Part shown: in pieces, positions 56,901-64,000 of the stretch
Layout of the letters: every line of letters starts with the position of its first letter
Position numbering within the stretch: position 1 is the stretch's first letter
Assembly (NCBI GenBank): GCA_965203175.1
Contig: OZ241867.1
Coordinates: 2,912,001 to 2,976,000 of the forward strand
DNA from: Candidatus Latescibacterota bacterium
GTDB lineage: Bacteria; Latescibacterota; UBA2968; UBA8231
DNA: 64,000 bases
Direction: 5' to 3'
Program-made: the position numbers and the translations under genes
Notes under the pieces: model-generated
Database searches by the model: none
Told to the model about the DNA's origin: nothing
Seen by the model: only the letters and a program-made list of their open reading frames with translations

Positions 56901-57087
56901 CGAGTGGAACGAAAGGTATGGACGCGATGGACCGTTGCGGGATGTGGGGGGGCAGTTGCGCTTTGACTTGATTTCTTATTACAGCGTGCCGACGCGGGTG
57001 CAGCTGGATGTGGCGTATGGGATTGACGAGGTACAAGATAAGGGGCGGTGGAAGTCTTATTTTACCGTGTTGTTCGGTTATTTGTAG
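53971..57087 (+). CDS. Zincin-like N-domain, TolB/PD40 propeller and probable Omp85-like C-terminal beta-barrel
   Basis: Signal peptide; ETEHFRIFY, HEFAH, WLAEG; WSPDG/FSPDG repeats; LGG..FMKGY and amphipathic strands. Confidence 0.72.
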   Translation: MRKQATLLMAGRCAFCLLLGWASASRAQNHPELAWQVVETEHFRIFYHEGLEGAAARAARIAEAAYAPLTELYGYAPDGRVRIVLKDHDDYANGAAFFYQDTIEIWATSLDHDFDLRGSSDWLRNVITHEFAHIISLGVARKGVQRVPALYLQYFGYQREKNRPDILIGYPDVIASYPVMGTVMPMWLAEGAAQYGTATTAHDRWDANRDMVLRSLVLADEQLSFEQMGVFGKQGFGNEYVYDHGFALVRYIAETYGEEKIVELYRAASQWHALAIDGACKKILGKNADKLYGEWIESLRQGYRAQVAALGPLREGERVVDVGFSNLRPRLAPNGEKLAYLSTRKRHHGPHGLIVRDLATGEEEVAAFPAAASTVDWSPDGRKLLFSRIDRADKYGSRQADIYEWNSAAAGPSFWRNMLWFVPAMVSGTAPETPRVKRLTRGLRALYPTYSPDGEWIVFVQNKGTSNNLAMIRADGTGLRYLTHFADGTQLYTPRFSPDGRKLAFAISREGQRDLAVVELDADVAGATPLLAEGAFDLAIATPGTDRDPAWSADGTELFFASDFSGIFNIYALNLETRALRQLTNTIGGAFNPSVGPEGEVVFTAYAASGFEIRRLHDEGTPVAAEEAWFSQDVPPDWRGTPVPALPSAPQAYGIDFLKTGILPRLFMDEGHFKAGAYLTSGDVLNRQSVLAGGAIAPDNADRDLFAIYEFKGFRPTFFLEVFNQRRRSARGDSSEARAGIVNAVNFSLSQLNVGVRGKLGRHGELTASATYDRYDASVQWDAFVPRRDGGLGFERQRQKPFGYTYLNGFGLGLTYRMELISRRRDRDINPLGRQLYARYDRMFNYFIDGFNEQSSFIDENYIKLFYNQFTVDWKEYISMPGNTRLGLRLYGGWIDSEAVADTTRVRGFFDYRLGGLNFMKGYTFYSIEGRKALMGTAMLRFPLLPDMSQRVAQLYFDKVYGAVYTSMGKAWDRNIGEWNERYGRDGPLRDVGGQLRFDLISYYSVPTRVQLDVAYGIDEVQDKGRWKSYFTVLFGYL

Positions 57088-57112
57088 GGACGCAGATTGT
57101 TAGGGGCGCACA

Positions 57113-58348
57113 TTGCGACAATTGCAACGCCAGTTTCCTGCTATTGGTAGGGGATGTCCGAGGCTCGACGAGTTCAAACGCAAGCTTGGACAATGGCGGC
57201 GATACAGCAGGGAAACGGTCGTTGAAGAACGCGACGGCATTCCCGTATTCGCCAATGAGTTCTGGACGTCCAAGCAGCGCGCCGCGCACTCGCTGCACGA
57301 GATTTCCTATCGGGCGTGTTTTAAGCCACAGTTGCCGCGCTTTTTCATCGAGCGGCTTACGGACCCCGGCGACGTGGTGTTCGACCCGTTTATGGGGCGC
57401 GGGACGACGTTGCTCGAAGCGGCCTTGCTCGGCCGGGACGCGCTGGGCAACGACGTCAATCCCCTGGCCCGCATTCTGGTGGAGGCGCGGTTGGATCCGC
57501 CGACCTTGTCCGAGGTCGCTGCGCGGCTCGAATGCTTGGCTTTGGACGAACCAATGGAGCGTCCCGAAGGCTTTGAGGTGTTCTTTGACGAGCGGACGCT
57601 CCATCAGATATGTCGGCTGCGGGCCTATTTGGCCGAGCGCCGTTTTAGCGGGCGCGCCGACAAGGTCGATCGCTGGATACAGATGGTGGCTATCAACCGC
57701 CTGACAGGGCATTCCAAGGGGTTTTTCTCGGTCTATACGCTGACGCCCAATCAAGCTGCGTCTATTGAGAGCCAGCGCAAGATCAACGCGCGGCGCGGCC
57801 AGCGGCCCGAGTACCGCGATGTCGCGCAGTTGATCCTGCGCAAGACGCGCGTGCTTTTGCGAGATGCTGAGGCGCAGGCCCCCAAGGGACGCAGTCGGGG
57901 GTTTTTTCAACAAACGGTTGATGTGCCTTTTGACTACGACGGCCCTCGGGTGGCGCTCGCGGTGACATCGCCGCCTTTCATGGACATCGTGAACTACAAA
58001 CAGGACAACTGGATGAGATGTTGGTTCGCCGGCGTTGACCCCGATGCAATTTGCATCACGCAGACTCGCAAGCTCGCAGAGTGGAAGGCGCTGGTGCACG
58101 GCGCGTTGGAAAGCGTGGCCGCGATTGCGCACCCCGGCGGTGTGTTTGCATTTGAGGTGGGTGAAATTCGGCGGGGATCGCTGTTGCTCGATCGCGTGGT
58201 CGCGGAAGTTGCGCAAGAGACGGCGTGGGAACCGGTCTGCGTCGTAATCAACGAACAGACGTTTACCAAGACTTCGAATATGTGGGGCATTGACAACAAC
58301 AAGCGCGGAACCAATTCAAACCGCATTGTCGTGATGCAGAAGCGGTAG
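57113..58348 (+). CDS. Orphan amino (N4-C/N6-A) DNA methyltransferase
   Basis: DPFMGRGTT SAM motif; TSPPF catalytic motif; start uncertain. Confidence 0.82.
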   Translation: MRQLQRQFPAIGRGCPRLDEFKRKLGQWRRYSRETVVEERDGIPVFANEFWTSKQRAAHSLHEISYRACFKPQLPRFFIERLTDPGDVVFDPFMGRGTTLLEAALLGRDALGNDVNPLARILVEARLDPPTLSEVAARLECLALDEPMERPEGFEVFFDERTLHQICRLRAYLAERRFSGRADKVDRWIQMVAINRLTGHSKGFFSVYTLTPNQAASIESQRKINARRGQRPEYRDVAQLILRKTRVLLRDAEAQAPKGRSRGFFQQTVDVPFDYDGPRVALAVTSPPFMDIVNYKQDNWMRCWFAGVDPDAICITQTRKLAEWKALVHGALESVAAIAHPGGVFAFEVGEIRRGSLLLDRVVAEVAQETAWEPVCVVINEQTFTKTSNMWGIDNNKRGTNSNRIVVMQKR

Positions 58349-58403
58349 AGATAATGAGTTACCGATCGCGTTTTAGGTGCTGCAGCAATAGAAAGGAGCA
58401 CGT

Positions 58404-59300
58404 ATGACGAGGACAGGAATCGCGCTGGTGGTTGCCGTGCTAACTGCCGCCAGCGTTCGGGCCGAGGGATTGCCGAGTATTTTGAGCGAGGAGGGACAGG
58501 CGTTCTTGGTGGGATTGCGGGCAGTGGAAGGCGATACTGATCCTGAGCCGACACCGCGCACACAGGTGCGCAAGGGCAAGTCGTCGAAGCGGTCGCTTTT
58601 GTTGTCCGCGCTGGTGCCGGGGTTGGGCCAGTGGTATGCGGGATCGAAGAAGCGGGGGCTGGCATTCTTGGGAGCCGAGGCTGCGCTGGTGGGCATGTGG
58701 GTGGCTTGGAAGGGCAAGGGCAACGACCTAGAGCAAGAGTTCCGGGCCGTGGCCGACGAACACTGGGACCCGCTCAACTACTTGGCTTGGCGCGGCTCGA
58801 CGATCTCGAAAAATTCGTCCATTACACACGCGCTACCTTGTAGTAGCGAGGTTGTCGAAGTGTACATTCCGTCGATGCAGCAGTCGGGGAGTGCGGATTT
58901 TGGCAGATGTGCGCCTAGCGAAATTCAGCAATACTACGAGCTGATTGGCAAATACGATCAATATGTAGCTGGTTGGACCGATCTAGTGAGAAACAGTACC
59001 GGCAATGCCGTCGCGCCGACCGAGGTCGATTCGGTCGAAAATTTTCATTCCGAGCGACGGCTCCGCTACGAAGACCAACGCGACGAGAGCAATCGCTTTC
59101 TCAAGCGAGCCTCCACTATAAGCGGGGTCATTCTGATAAACCACGTTCTCAGCGCCCTTGACGCGGCACGGGTGGCGCGCGCGCGCGCTGAGGGTGCGGA
59201 CGAAGCGGCTCTGCAGCGGCGGACGCGCTTCGCGCTGGTCATGCAGCCTTGGGTGCGGTCGCGCGTGCCGATGCTCGTGGCGTACAAACCGTTGGATTGA
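58404..59300 (+). CDS. DUF5683-like exported/membrane protein
   Basis: Signal peptide; SALVPGLGQWY; NHVLSALDA. Confidence 0.6.
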   Translation: MTRTGIALVVAVLTAASVRAEGLPSILSEEGQAFLVGLRAVEGDTDPEPTPRTQVRKGKSSKRSLLLSALVPGLGQWYAGSKKRGLAFLGAEAALVGMWVAWKGKGNDLEQEFRAVADEHWDPLNYLAWRGSTISKNSSITHALPCSSEVVEVYIPSMQQSGSADFGRCAPSEIQQYYELIGKYDQYVAGWTDLVRNSTGNAVAPTEVDSVENFHSERRLRYEDQRDESNRFLKRASTISGVILINHVLSALDAARVARARAEGADEAALQRRTRFALVMQPWVRSRVPMLVAYKPLD

Positions 59301-59304
59301 ACCT

Positions 59305-59910
59305 ATGTGGCGCTGGATCGCGTTGATTTTGTTGTTGCCCGGCGTGGCTGAGGCCGGGACGTCTCAAGGGGCGTTTTGGCGCTCCTTGCTGTTGCCCGGT
59401 TGGGGGCAGAAATACGCCCGTGGTGGCGGCGGTGGTTTCTTGGCCGCTGAGCTGGCACTTTGGGGCGGCTATTGGGGTTTTGAGTGGCTGGGCCAAGTGC
59501 GCCGTGGTCAGTACCGGGCGCATGCGGCGGAACGCGCTGGTGCGCGGCCCGAGGGCAAGGACCGCGTCTACTTCGACGACTTGGGGTTTTACACGAGCCG
59601 GCTAGAGCACAACCAGTTCGCCCGCTACGAGGACGGCCCAGACGCCGAGCTCTATCCTGTGGACGCGGATTTCTTCTGGGAGTGGGATCGCGACGAGTCG
59701 CGCCAGCGCTACCGCGAGTTGCGCAATGCGAGCCAGCACGCGCACCGGCAGGCGCTCTATATGACGGGCTTGGTGGCCGTCAATCACATCGTGGCTGCCA
59801 TCCATGCGGCGCGGGTAGCTCGTGCAGATCAAGCTCAGCTTGGCTTTGCGCCCAAGGTAGCGGTGGGGCCTGGGGGAGCGGCTTTCTTCTTGGTGCGGCA
59901 TTTCTACTGA
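59305..59910 (+). CDS. DUF5683-like protein, paralog of the upstream gene
   Basis: SLLLPGWGQKY; NHIVAAIHA; ATG at 59305. Confidence 0.6.
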   Translation: MWRWIALILLLPGVAEAGTSQGAFWRSLLLPGWGQKYARGGGGGFLAAELALWGGYWGFEWLGQVRRGQYRAHAAERAGARPEGKDRVYFDDLGFYTSRLEHNQFARYEDGPDAELYPVDADFFWEWDRDESRQRYRELRNASQHAHRQALYMTGLVAVNHIVAAIHAARVARADQAQLGFAPKVAVGPGGAAFFLVRHFY

Positions 59911-61493
59911 TGGCCTGCTTTTTCCCGCGGATGGCCTTGGCCGCGTGGATGCTCTCGCTGCCGCTGACGGTTGCAGCCGAAGAGCGAATATGCGGGACGC
60001 GCTGGCTCGAGCAGCACCGCGCGTCTTTCCCCGCGCCAGCCCCCAAGGCAGTCGGCGCAAGTCAAGAGCTAAGCCCCATTGAGGTGGGGACTCAGCTCGC
60101 CTTTTACGTGCCGACCGAATTCGTACTCAAATCGGCCACTTGCCGCTACAAGGGGACGCACTGCTACATCTTCGTCGAAGAAAGTCAGTGGGACATCATC
60201 GCGGCCCAGCCAGATGTGGATAAGCTGGGTGCGCTTTTTGACGCGGCGACTCCGGCTGATTCCGAGCGCGGAGTATTTGAAATAGCGGTCGATGCCTTTG
60301 GCGAGCCTGCCGATGAGGACGGCGATCCCCGCATTTTCATTCTGATTTTGGACCTGCCCAGCAACATAGTCGGATTTTTCGATGGTGCGCTGTACGAGCG
60401 GGCGCAGCCCGAACTCCGACGCGATACGATTTACCTGGACGCGAACAAGCTGGCCTTTAGCGCCTATCTCGCCTACGCGACCTTAGCGCACGAATTCCAG
60501 CATCTAATTCATTGGGGCCGCGATTCAGACGAAGAGAGATGGATCGACGAAGGGCTTTCTGGGTACGCCGAGGAGCTAGTCGGTTTCCCCGAGGCCGATC
60601 CGAGCATGGTGCCGAGTTTTCTCGCGGATCCCAGTATCAATCTAACGCACTTTGTGTTTGATTCAGCAAATTACGGCAAGACCTATTTGTTTGCCTCGTT
60701 TTTGGCCGAGCGCTATGGCTCGGGGCTGATTCGCCAAATCGTCGCCGAGCCGCGCAACGGCATTTCGGGCATTGACGACGCGTTCAAGAACCAAAACTGG
60801 GTTGAGGATTACGCGGGTGCTTGGCGTTTGTGGATTGCGGCTAACTACGCGGGTGGGTACGAGGCCCTGCGCGGCCGCCGCGTCGCCGCAGTTGCAGCGC
60901 CTGATGTGCCTTTCGCAGAACTGGCCGGCGAGGTCGGCAGCCAATGGGGTGCAGCCAATGTAGTTATTCGCTCGGAGGGGGATGTAGTCGTTGATTTCGC
61001 TGGCGCGGCCGAAGGGGACTATGCTGCGTGGGTGTACGCCATGCGCGACCAGCGCGGCGAGCTTATAGCGATGGAACTTAGCGCGGACAACACAGGGCAG
61101 GTGCAGGTCGCGGATGTAGATAGCGCGGCGGTCATCGTCGGCAGGGCTTCGCCGACGGGTGGTGATTTTGTCCTCGCGGCTCGGTATTTTACGCCCACAG
61201 TCGTAGCGATGCAAATAGAGGAACGGACCGGGGCTAATGACTTGGCACCGGCTTATCCGAATCCGGCCAACAGCGCGGTGAATCTGCCCTTTCGCTTGGC
61301 AAGAGAAGCGGATGTCGAACTGGCGATATACAATGCCTTGGGCCAGCGCGCGACCCTTTTGGTGGCGGAGCGGCTCGCGGCCGGGGAGCACTTGGCGCGC
61401 TGGGGCGGTGAGCGCGCGGCTAGTGGGGCGTATTGGGCCGTGCTGAAGGTCGGTGGGGAAACGCGGACGCGCCGGTTGATGTTGGTCCGGTGA
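59910..61493 (+). CDS. Secreted zinc metallopeptidase (M30-like) with a T9SS-type CTD
   Basis: AHEFQHLIH, WIDEGLS; AYPNP...IYNALGQ...ASGAY...TRRLMLVR. Confidence 0.78.
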   Translation: MACFFPRMALAAWMLSLPLTVAAEERICGTRWLEQHRASFPAPAPKAVGASQELSPIEVGTQLAFYVPTEFVLKSATCRYKGTHCYIFVEESQWDIIAAQPDVDKLGALFDAATPADSERGVFEIAVDAFGEPADEDGDPRIFILILDLPSNIVGFFDGALYERAQPELRRDTIYLDANKLAFSAYLAYATLAHEFQHLIHWGRDSDEERWIDEGLSGYAEELVGFPEADPSMVPSFLADPSINLTHFVFDSANYGKTYLFASFLAERYGSGLIRQIVAEPRNGISGIDDAFKNQNWVEDYAGAWRLWIAANYAGGYEALRGRRVAAVAAPDVPFAELAGEVGSQWGAANVVIRSEGDVVVDFAGAAEGDYAAWVYAMRDQRGELIAMELSADNTGQVQVADVDSAAVIVGRASPTGGDFVLAARYFTPTVVAMQIEERTGANDLAPAYPNPANSAVNLPFRLAREADVELAIYNALGQRATLLVAERLAAGEHLARWGGERAASGAYWAVLKVGGETRTRRLMLVR

Positions 61494-61549
61494 AGGCTGG
61501 ACTAACCCTAGGAATGTCTAGCGCCTGACGATCTGCGAATTCAGGGGCT

Positions 61550-62233
61550 TCAGTCCTCCAACGCGAGGATGCCAATATCGCGAGTGTGGGCGTCGCAGTA
61601 CCACAAGACGCCTTGGTGCGCGGTCAATCCGTGGACCTCATCTGGGGCAGTCACCCGAATGACGTCATAGACGCGCCCGTCCTTGGTGTCGAGCAGACTA
61701 ACGGTGCCGGCTGAGGTGTCGGCCACCCACAGCCTGCCGTCGGGCCCCCAAGCGATGCCGTGGTTGCGAAAACCGGGGGTGCGAAATTGATGTTCTTCTT
61801 CCCAAGTGTCGGGGTTCATGACGTGGACCATTTGGGAAGGCGGAGAGGCCACGTATAGCTTGCCGTCTTTCCATTCTAGGCCGTGGGAACCGGTGGGGCG
61901 CGCGTTTGCGATACCCTCCCGGGGCGCTGTGATGCCGGCACCGGGCGAATCGTATTTGGCGATGGTGCGGCCGGTTTCTAGTTCTAGTTTGGCGATCTTG
62001 AGTTCATAAGTAGAGGCGATCCACAGACATCCGTCTCCTAGGGTAATGCCGCTGGAGTGGGCCGTATCGGTCTGGGCTGCGAACAAGGTTTCGCCGGTTT
62101 CATAATCCAACTTGTACACTTTGTGATCGACTTGGTCGATAACCCACAGGCCGTCGGGGGCGGCTTGGATGCCGTTCGGCTGTGGTCCAGGGCACAAGAA
62201 TCGCTTGTCCACCTTGGCAATATTTGAAGCCAT
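61550..62233 (-). CDS. Beta-propeller protein (glutaminyl cyclase/Vgb-like repeats)
   Basis: Repeated GL/I-x-W/x-DG-x-LWV motifs; RBS GGAGG. Confidence 0.6.
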   Translation of the reverse strand: MASNIAKVDKRFLCPGPQPNGIQAAPDGLWVIDQVDHKVYKLDYETGETLFAAQTDTAHSSGITLGDGCLWIASTYELKIAKLELETGRTIAKYDSPGAGITAPREGIANARPTGSHGLEWKDGKLYVASPPSQMVHVMNPDTWEEEHQFRTPGFRNHGIAWGPDGRLWVADTSAGTVSLLDTKDGRVYDVIRVTAPDEVHGLTAHQGVLWYCDAHTRDIGILALED

Positions 62234-62264
62234 TGCGTTTGTCCTCCATTAAAAAAAGTGCGTA

Positions 62265-63119
62265 CTAACGGTCGAGTGGTGTGGCGATGATGTTGTCAAT
62301 CAGCCGGACGTTGGACAGGCGCACGGCGAGAGCGATGACGACCGGGCCGGTGATATGAGCCACTTCTTCGAGCGTGTCCGGGTGCGCGATAGAAATGTAG
62401 TCAATGGACGCGTCGAGTGCGCGCTCGATGTGCGCCCGCATCTCGGCGACGATCCGACTGGCGTCGCGTTCGCCCTGTTCGATTTTTTCCTGGCCCATTG
62501 TGAGTGCTTCGTAGAGGGCCGATGCGCGCTGTCGCTCTTCTGCGCTGAGAAGAACGTTGCGCGAACTCATGGCCAAGCCATCTGCTTCGCGCACGGTGGG
62601 AGCAACCTCGACGCGCAAATCCAAGTTCAAATCGCGCACTAGGCGACGAATGACAGCCGCCTGCTGGTAGTCTTTTTGGCCGAAGACGGCTAGGTGCGGT
62701 TTGACGGCGGTGAATAGCTTGGTCACTACGGTGGTGACGCCGCGAAAATGCCCGGGGCGGAAGGGGCCGCACAAGCCCTTGGTTAGCTCTTCGACTTCGA
62801 CGAAGGTCGAGAAGTCAGGGGGATAGAATTCCACTGTCTGTGGGTGAAAGACTGTATCGACTCCTCGGCGGGACAGTAGGTCGAGGTCGCGCTCCATGTC
62901 GCGCGGATAGATGGCGAAGTCTTCTTTCGGACCGAATTGCAGTGGATTGACGAAAATGCTGACGACCGTGCGGTCCGCGGCTTTGAGGCTGTGATCGACT
63001 AAGCTGAGGTGTCCCTCGTGCAAAAAACCCATCGTCGGCACTAGTCCAACGCATAGGTCCGTGCCGCGCCAAGCGTCGGATTGAGCCTGCATTTCCGCGA
63101 CCGTATGTATGCGTTTCAT
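62265..63119 (-). CDS. panC: Pantoate--beta-alanine ligase
   Basis: PTMGFLHEGH, FGQKD, GLAMSSRN, RLIDN. Confidence 0.96.
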   Translation of the reverse strand: MKRIHTVAEMQAQSDAWRGTDLCVGLVPTMGFLHEGHLSLVDHSLKAADRTVVSIFVNPLQFGPKEDFAIYPRDMERDLDLLSRRGVDTVFHPQTVEFYPPDFSTFVEVEELTKGLCGPFRPGHFRGVTTVVTKLFTAVKPHLAVFGQKDYQQAAVIRRLVRDLNLDLRVEVAPTVREADGLAMSSRNVLLSAEERQRASALYEALTMGQEKIEQGERDASRIVAEMRAHIERALDASIDYISIAHPDTLEEVAHITGPVVIALAVRLSNVRLIDNIIATPLDR

Positions 63120-63625
63120 GGGATGGCGGGAAGGGCGAGGGGGCCGACGTCCTTAGCTTCGCGACCGTTGAGTGCGGCTAGATACGCAGCAAATGGCCGG
63201 CCGGTGACCGGATGACTAAGGCGCGGGGCGATTTCGCAAAGGGGCACCAGCACAAAGCTGCGCTCGTGCATGTGCGGGTGCGGCAGGGTCAGATCGGCGC
63301 TTTCGACGACGTGCTCGCCGTATAGCAACAGGTCGAGGTCGAGGGTGCGCGGCCCCCAGTGAATACGGCGTTGTCGCTGGTGTCTTTTTTCGGCAGCGAG
63401 CAGGGCGGCTAACAGCGGTTCGGGAGCGAGCGAGGTTTCTATGGCAAAAACGGCGTTGAGGAAATCCGGTTGCGCGATCGGTCCCAGCGGCCGGGTTTCG
63501 TAGGCTCGGGAGGCGGCCGCGAGACGCGTGCCAGGGAGCGCGGCGACTTCTCTGAGTCCGGCTTCGAGGTACGCGCGGCGATCGCCGAGGTTGCTGCCGA
63601 TGGCTATATAGGCTCGCTCAGGCAT
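63116..63625 (-). CDS. folK: 2-amino-4-hydroxy-6-hydroxymethyldihydropteridine diphosphokinase
   Basis: IGSNLGD, FLNAV, WGPRTLDLDLL, PHP...RSFVLVPL. Confidence 0.96.
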   Translation of the reverse strand: MPERAYIAIGSNLGDRRAYLEAGLREVAALPGTRLAAASRAYETRPLGPIAQPDFLNAVFAIETSLAPEPLLAALLAAEKRHQRQRRIHWGPRTLDLDLLLYGEHVVESADLTLPHPHMHERSFVLVPLCEIAPRLSHPVTGRPFAAYLAALNGREAKDVGPLALPAIP

Positions 63626-63983
63626 AGGACCGGCGTATTTCGACTTCGATGCCGTCAAAGTGCGCGGCGACCGGAGGATTGGGTTTGCGCACGCGGACGA
63701 CGAGTTCGACCGGGGCGCAGTGGGTGCCGACCTTCTCGGCGATGCGCTCGGCGAGGGCTTCGACCAATTTGCAGGGCTCGCCGGTAACTACATCGGCTAC
63801 CAGCGCGTACACCTCTGGATAGTTGATCGCCGCATCTATGTCGTCGCTGCGCCCTGCTTGGCGAAAATCGCCGTAGAGTTCGACATCGACTTCGTAGTGC
63901 TGGCCGAGTGCGGTCTCTTCGGGGAAAAGTCCGTGATAGGCAAAAAAGCGCATGTTGCGCAGGCGAAGGGCGTCGTTGGGCAT
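63618..63983 (-). CDS. folB: Dihydroneopterin aldolase
   Basis: FFAYHG..PEE..LGQ, INY, LVEALA, RKP. Confidence 0.94.
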   Translation of the reverse strand: MPNDALRLRNMRFFAYHGLFPEETALGQHYEVDVELYGDFRQAGRSDDIDAAINYPEVYALVADVVTGEPCKLVEALAERIAEKVGTHCAPVELVVRVRKPNPPVAAHFDGIEVEIRRSYA

Positions 63984-64000
63984 GGCAAGGGCTTCAGGCG

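Noticed and set aside
57062-58216. Long antisense ORFs (also 6218-7420, 34084-35136, 47473-48459)
   Set aside because: They lie opposite well-supported genes, as expected in high-GC DNA.
1-64000. tRNA, rRNA, known riboswitches, prophage genes
   Set aside because: None recognised by eye; intergenic spaces are short. An Rfam/tRNAscan run would be needed to exclude them formally.

Overview
This is a GC-rich bacterial chromosomal window. The gene content (PorU/PorV, many T9SS-type C-terminal domains, CRTAC1/FG-GAP proteins, PhyH-HEAT fusion, many TA modules) together with sigma70-type promoters and strong Shine-Dalgarno sites suggests a non-Bacteroidota FCB-group organism such as Ca. Latescibacterota; this host call is inference only. 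From left to right: (1) 1-9.3 kb, a surface/glycosylation cluster with a c-type heme FG-GAP lipoprotein, an FGE-sulfatase-family protein, two CRTAC1/ASPIC-UnbV proteins and two GT-C glycosyltransferases. (2) A sugar ABC transporter. (3) 12.9-21.3 kb, an accessory/defence-like islet with VapBC, HicAB, low-GC unknown genes with PD-(D/E)XK-like motifs, an IS1-family element lacking a target duplication, a truncated Abi-alpha-like gene and degenerate attC-like sites. (4) Catabolic genes, ddl, a second VapBC, a tandemly duplicated membrane mini-gene, and a KID-repeat (Bdr-like) gene with a structured leader. (5) A housekeeping block: ispB-apbE-secDF-yggS-yggT-ileS-dksA-lspA-rluD. (6) rpmB, then a divergent ~15 kb operon: porU, porV, M6-like/FG-GAP, zincin-PD40-barrel, DNA MTase, two DUF5683-like genes, T9SS cargo peptidase. 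(7) folB-folK-panC. The most notable observation is in this T9SS-like operon: PorU has Ser where the catalytic Cys is expected, the M6-like protein has lost its HExxH motif, and a ~120-bp intergenic element is duplicated. All calls come from motif recognition by eye; no searches were run.
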